Shown here piece by piece: positions 61,018-64,000 of a DNA stretch of 64,000 bases. Position 1 is the first letter of the stretch; each line of letters opens with the position of its first letter. Below the pieces are notes generated by a model. That model was not told the DNA's origin and made no database searches. It was given only the letters and a program-made list of their open reading frames with translations. Source of the DNA: Gammaproteobacteria bacterium (GTDB taxonomy: Bacteria > Pseudomonadota > Gammaproteobacteria > Eutrophobiales > Eutrophobiaceae). The position numbers were made by a program, and so were the translations under genes. The stretch covers positions 2,852,616 through 2,916,615 of the forward strand of contig OZ241853.1 in assembly GCA_965202685.1 (NCBI GenBank), given 5' to 3'.

Positions 61018-63309
61018 ATGCTTAAACGAATCGTCCTGGCCGTCGCCAGTCTTGCCATCGCCGCCTCCGGCATCCCGAGCAACGCGCAAATCCTGGAAGA
61101 AGTGGTCGTCACCGCGCGCAAAAAGGATGAGAGCTCCTTTGACATACCCATCAACATCACGGCCCTGGGCAACGAGCAACTGGAGCGGTTGCGGGCCCGG
61201 GATTTTGTCGATTTCGCCGGCGCCGTGCCGGGGTTGCAGTTCCAGGACTTGGGGCCGGGGGACAAGGAGTACATCATTCGCGGCGTGAACGCGAAGGGCC
61301 CTTCCACAGTGGGGGTCTATTACGACGAGGCGGTGATCACCGCGTCCAATCAGGAAGACGGGGGCGGGCGCAATGTCGATATCAAACTCATAGACATGGA
61401 GCGCATCGAGGTGTTGAACGGCCCTCAGGGCACCCTCTACGGCGCCAACTCCATGGCCGGCACCATCAAGTTCGTGCCGAACAAGCCCGACCTCGAGAAT
61501 TTCAGCAGTTTCATGGAGACCGAGATTTCCACCACAGAGGAGGGCGGCGAGAACTGGGGAGTGAACGGCATGGTCAACATCCCCTTGGGGGGCGGCGTCG
61601 GTTTGCGCCTCGTGGGATGGGGGTTTGACAACAGCGGCTACATAGACCAGCCGCGGGTGTTCGCCGGCCCCCGTTCGAACATCAACGATGAGAACACCGA
61701 GGGCGGGCGCGTCATGTTGCGTATCCAGCCCAACGACAGGTTGACCCTGGATGTCTCCTTCCTGGGGCAACAGACGAAAGTGGGCGGCACGGCAAGATAC
61801 ACCCCGGTGGGGTTCACCCCCTGGAGCACGGACGCCTTTGACATAGCGGCGCTCCGGGGCGTCTTTCCTCAGGCCCGGGCCGTGCCTGGCTATGTGGTGA
61901 GCGACGACCTGACCAACACGGACATCACCGATAATCTCTGGGAGGACGAGTTTTCCATCAAGAGCGCGACTTTGAACTATCGCTTCGATTTCGGCAACTT
62001 GCTGGCCACCACCAACCTGTTTGAGCGGGACCTGTTTTTCTCCTTTGACTCGACGCCCATTTTGGTCAACTTCGGAGTCCCCATTCCGGGGATCACCATG
62101 CAACCGCAGTCGCGGGATGTGTGGTCATCGGAGGTGCGGTTCTCCTCGGACCTGGACGGGCGCTTCAATTTCGTGACGGGCGTCTATGTGCAACGGGAAG
62201 AGTTCCTGTTCGATGTGGAGGTTTTGACCATAGTGGACGACGGAGGCCCCAATGGCGTCTTTCAGCCGGGCAATTTCACCACGCCTGCCACCAACGCGAC
62301 CTTCGGCTCCGGGAACACCTTTTTTGGGGTGGAAGACACCGCCGACCTGGAGCAAGAGGCGATTTTCGGCGAACTCTACTTTGATCTGAGCGACCGCCTG
62401 GAAGTGACGGCGGGACTGCGGTATTTCCAATCGGACCTGCGCGCCACGGCGGCAGAAACGCACTCCTTCAGCCCCGCGCCGGGGCCTGTGGGAGACAGCA
62501 CTGGCGAGGACGATGCGCTGACCTTCAAGGTGAGCCTCTCCTACGACATCAATGATGACAACCTGGTGTATGGCACGGTCTCTTCCGGTTTTCGCATCGG
62601 CGGCCTGAACCGGGCCAACCTGCCTTTTGCCCCGGGCATCCCGGAGTCCTTCGATTCCGATGATCTGATCAACTACGAGCTGGGCTACAAGGCCAATTTT
62701 CTGGGCAACCGCGCCCGTCTGAGCAGCGCCGTGTATTTCATAGACTGGTCAGACATGGCGTTGGACCAGTTTGACGCCTCTGGGTCCATTCCGTTTCTGA
62801 CCAATGTCGGCGATTCCGAGATATTGGGCCTGGAATTCAACCTCAACGCCTCTCTGTCGGAGCAGTGGGAGTTCGGCCTAGGCGGCTCAGTGCTTGACGC
62901 CGAGTTGAGCGAGGATCAAATCCCGGACGCCTTCAACAACAATGGCAAGAAAGGCGATAACATCCCCAACATCCCCACCCTGCAGGGCTACGCCATGCTG
63001 TCTTTTCGCCAGCCTCTAGCCAACGGCGGCGAGTTTTCCGCCCGCGCCGATGTCAATTACCGGGACAGCGTGGACATCAAGTTCAACAAGGACAGCCCCC
63101 TCAACCGCAGGATGAAGTCTTACACGCTGTTGAACCTGGCCGCCTTCTACGAATACAAGAGCTGGTTGCTGTCCGCCTATGTGCGCAACGCCACCGACGA
63201 GAGGGCCCAGTTCGACGCCATCAGCACGGTGCAGGATCCCTTAGGGATCATAGGCAACCGCCCCCGGACCTTCGGCGTGAGCCTGAAGAAGTCTTTCGGC
63301 GGGGGCTAA
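61018..63309 (+). CDS. TonB-dependent receptor
   Basis: Signal peptide from ATG 61018, [35 protein letters not shown]-terminus; TATAAT at 60975. Confidence 0.95.
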   Translation: MLKRIVLAVASLAIAASGIPSNAQILEEVVVTARKKDESSFDIPINITALGNEQLERLRARDFVDFAGAVPGLQFQDLGPGDKEYIIRGVNAKGPSTVGVYYDEAVITASNQEDGGGRNVDIKLIDMERIEVLNGPQGTLYGANSMAGTIKFVPNKPDLENFSSFMETEISTTEEGGENWGVNGMVNIPLGGGVGLRLVGWGFDNSGYIDQPRVFAGPRSNINDENTEGGRVMLRIQPNDRLTLDVSFLGQQTKVGGTARYTPVGFTPWSTDAFDIAALRGVFPQARAVPGYVVSDDLTNTDITDNLWEDEFSIKSATLNYRFDFGNLLATTNLFERDLFFSFDSTPILVNFGVPIPGITMQPQSRDVWSSEVRFSSDLDGRFNFVTGVYVQREEFLFDVEVLTIVDDGGPNGVFQPGNFTTPATNATFGSGNTFFGVEDTADLEQEAIFGELYFDLSDRLEVTAGLRYFQSDLRATAAETHSFSPAPGPVGDSTGEDDALTFKVSLSYDINDDNLVYGTVSSGFRIGGLNRANLPFAPGIPESFDSDDLINYELGYKANFLGNRARLSSAVYFIDWSDMALDQFDASGSIPFLTNVGDSEILGLEFNLNASLSEQWEFGLGGSVLDAELSEDQIPDAFNNNGKKGDNIPNIPTLQGYAMLSFRQPLANGGEFSARADVNYRDSVDIKFNKDSPLNRRMKSYTLLNLAAFYEYKSWLLSAYVRNATDERAQFDAISTVQDPLGIIGNRPRTFGVSLKKSFGGG

Positions 63310-63336
63310 GCCGCCGGGCGGCAACAGGGCAGGGCA

Positions 63337-64000
63337 GTGGGCAAGGCGGTCTTCGTCAGGAAACACGGCGGGGCCGAGGTCCTGTCCTACGAGGACTCCC
63401 CGGTCGGCGCCCCCGGGCCCAGACAGGTGTTGTTGCGACACACCGCCATAGCCGTCAATTACATAGACACCTATTACCGCTCCGGCCTGTACCCCGCTGA
63501 ATTGCCGCTGGTGCCAGGGGACACGGCGGCGGGCGTGGTGGAAGCCGTGGGCGCGGAGGTCAGAGAGTTCAAACCCGGCGACCGGGCGGCATGCGCTTCC
63601 GTGCCTCTTGGGGCCTACGCGGAAGAGCGGCTGGTGGACTCCGATGCGCTGGTGCCACTGCCTGAGGGGATTTCCGACGAGCTCGCTGGCGGCAGCCTGA
63701 CCCGAGGCCTGACGGCGGAATACCTAATCCATCAGCTTCACCCCCTCAAGGCCGGGGAAACCATCCTGGTTCACGCCGCGGCCGGCGGCACGGGGAAAAT
63801 CCTGTGCCAGTGGGCCGACAAGCTGGGGGCCAAGGTGATTGGCTCCGTCGGCGCGGCCAACAAGCTGGAGATCGCCAAGGAAAACGGTTGCGCGGAGGCG
63901 CTGTTGCACGGAGAGGATTTCGCCCCCTCGGTCAAGGAGTTGACTGGCGGACGAGGGGTGGATGTGGTCTATGACTCCATAGGCAAATCCACTTTCGCCA
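63337..64000 (+). CDS. NADPH:quinone oxidoreductase (zeta-crystallin/MDR), 3'-truncated by window edge
   Basis: Manual translation from GTG 63337: HGGAEVL, AVNYIDTYYRSGLYP, GAYAE, GETILVHAAAGGTG, GVDVVYDSIGK; not in the ORF track because it has no stop. Confidence 0.92.
   Translation, partial: MGKAVFVRKHGGAEVLSYEDSPVGAPGPRQVLLRHTAIAVNYIDTYYRSGLYPAELPLVPGDTAAGVVEAVGAEVREFKPGDRAACASVPLGAYAEERLVDSDALVPLPEGISDELAGGSLTRGLTAEYLIHQLHPLKAGETILVHAAAGGTGKILCQWADKLGAKVIGSVGAANKLEIAKENGCAEALLHGEDFAPSVKELTGGRGVDVVYDSIGKSTFA

Overview
High-GC gammaproteobacterial chromosome segment. The accessory gene types and several missing neighbour genes would fit a host-associated or streamlined lineage, but this is inference. 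The backbone is dksA, queF, smc-ligA, nadB / rpoE-rseA-degP-lepA-lepB-rnc-era-recO-pdxJ, rne / sppA / maf and yceD-rpmF-plsX-fabHDG-acpP-fabF-pabC-mltG-tmk-holB-tatD. Three accessory regions stand out. (1) 3.6-12.1 kb: an operon divergent from an AraC regulator, encoding a TonB receptor, an FGly sulfatase, an SdsA-like alkylsulfatase and TTQ amine dehydrogenase large and small subunits, with no mauD/E/G. It is a candidate uptake, desulfation and deamination pathway for sulfated amines. (2) 20.3-31.0 kb: a defence-like island (single-chain RM enzyme, retropepsin, Mrr-like nuclease, HTH-Fic). Inside it a 4,224-bp AT-rich, phage-like segment sits in exact register within a 66-bp tandem repeat array. 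The segment carries tRNA relics, four near-consensus promoters (three share an extended motif), TPR, pentapeptide and RTX genes and a dead methylase. (3) 59.5-60.9 kb: a DUF1640/mempromCC coiled-coil gene surrounded by two families of MITE-like elements. Other oddities are an RseA::RseB C-terminal fusion, DksA with a histone-H1-like repeat tail and several apparently leaderless genes. No CRISPR array, intact tRNA/rRNA, integrase or transposase was seen. All calls are by eye, without database searches.
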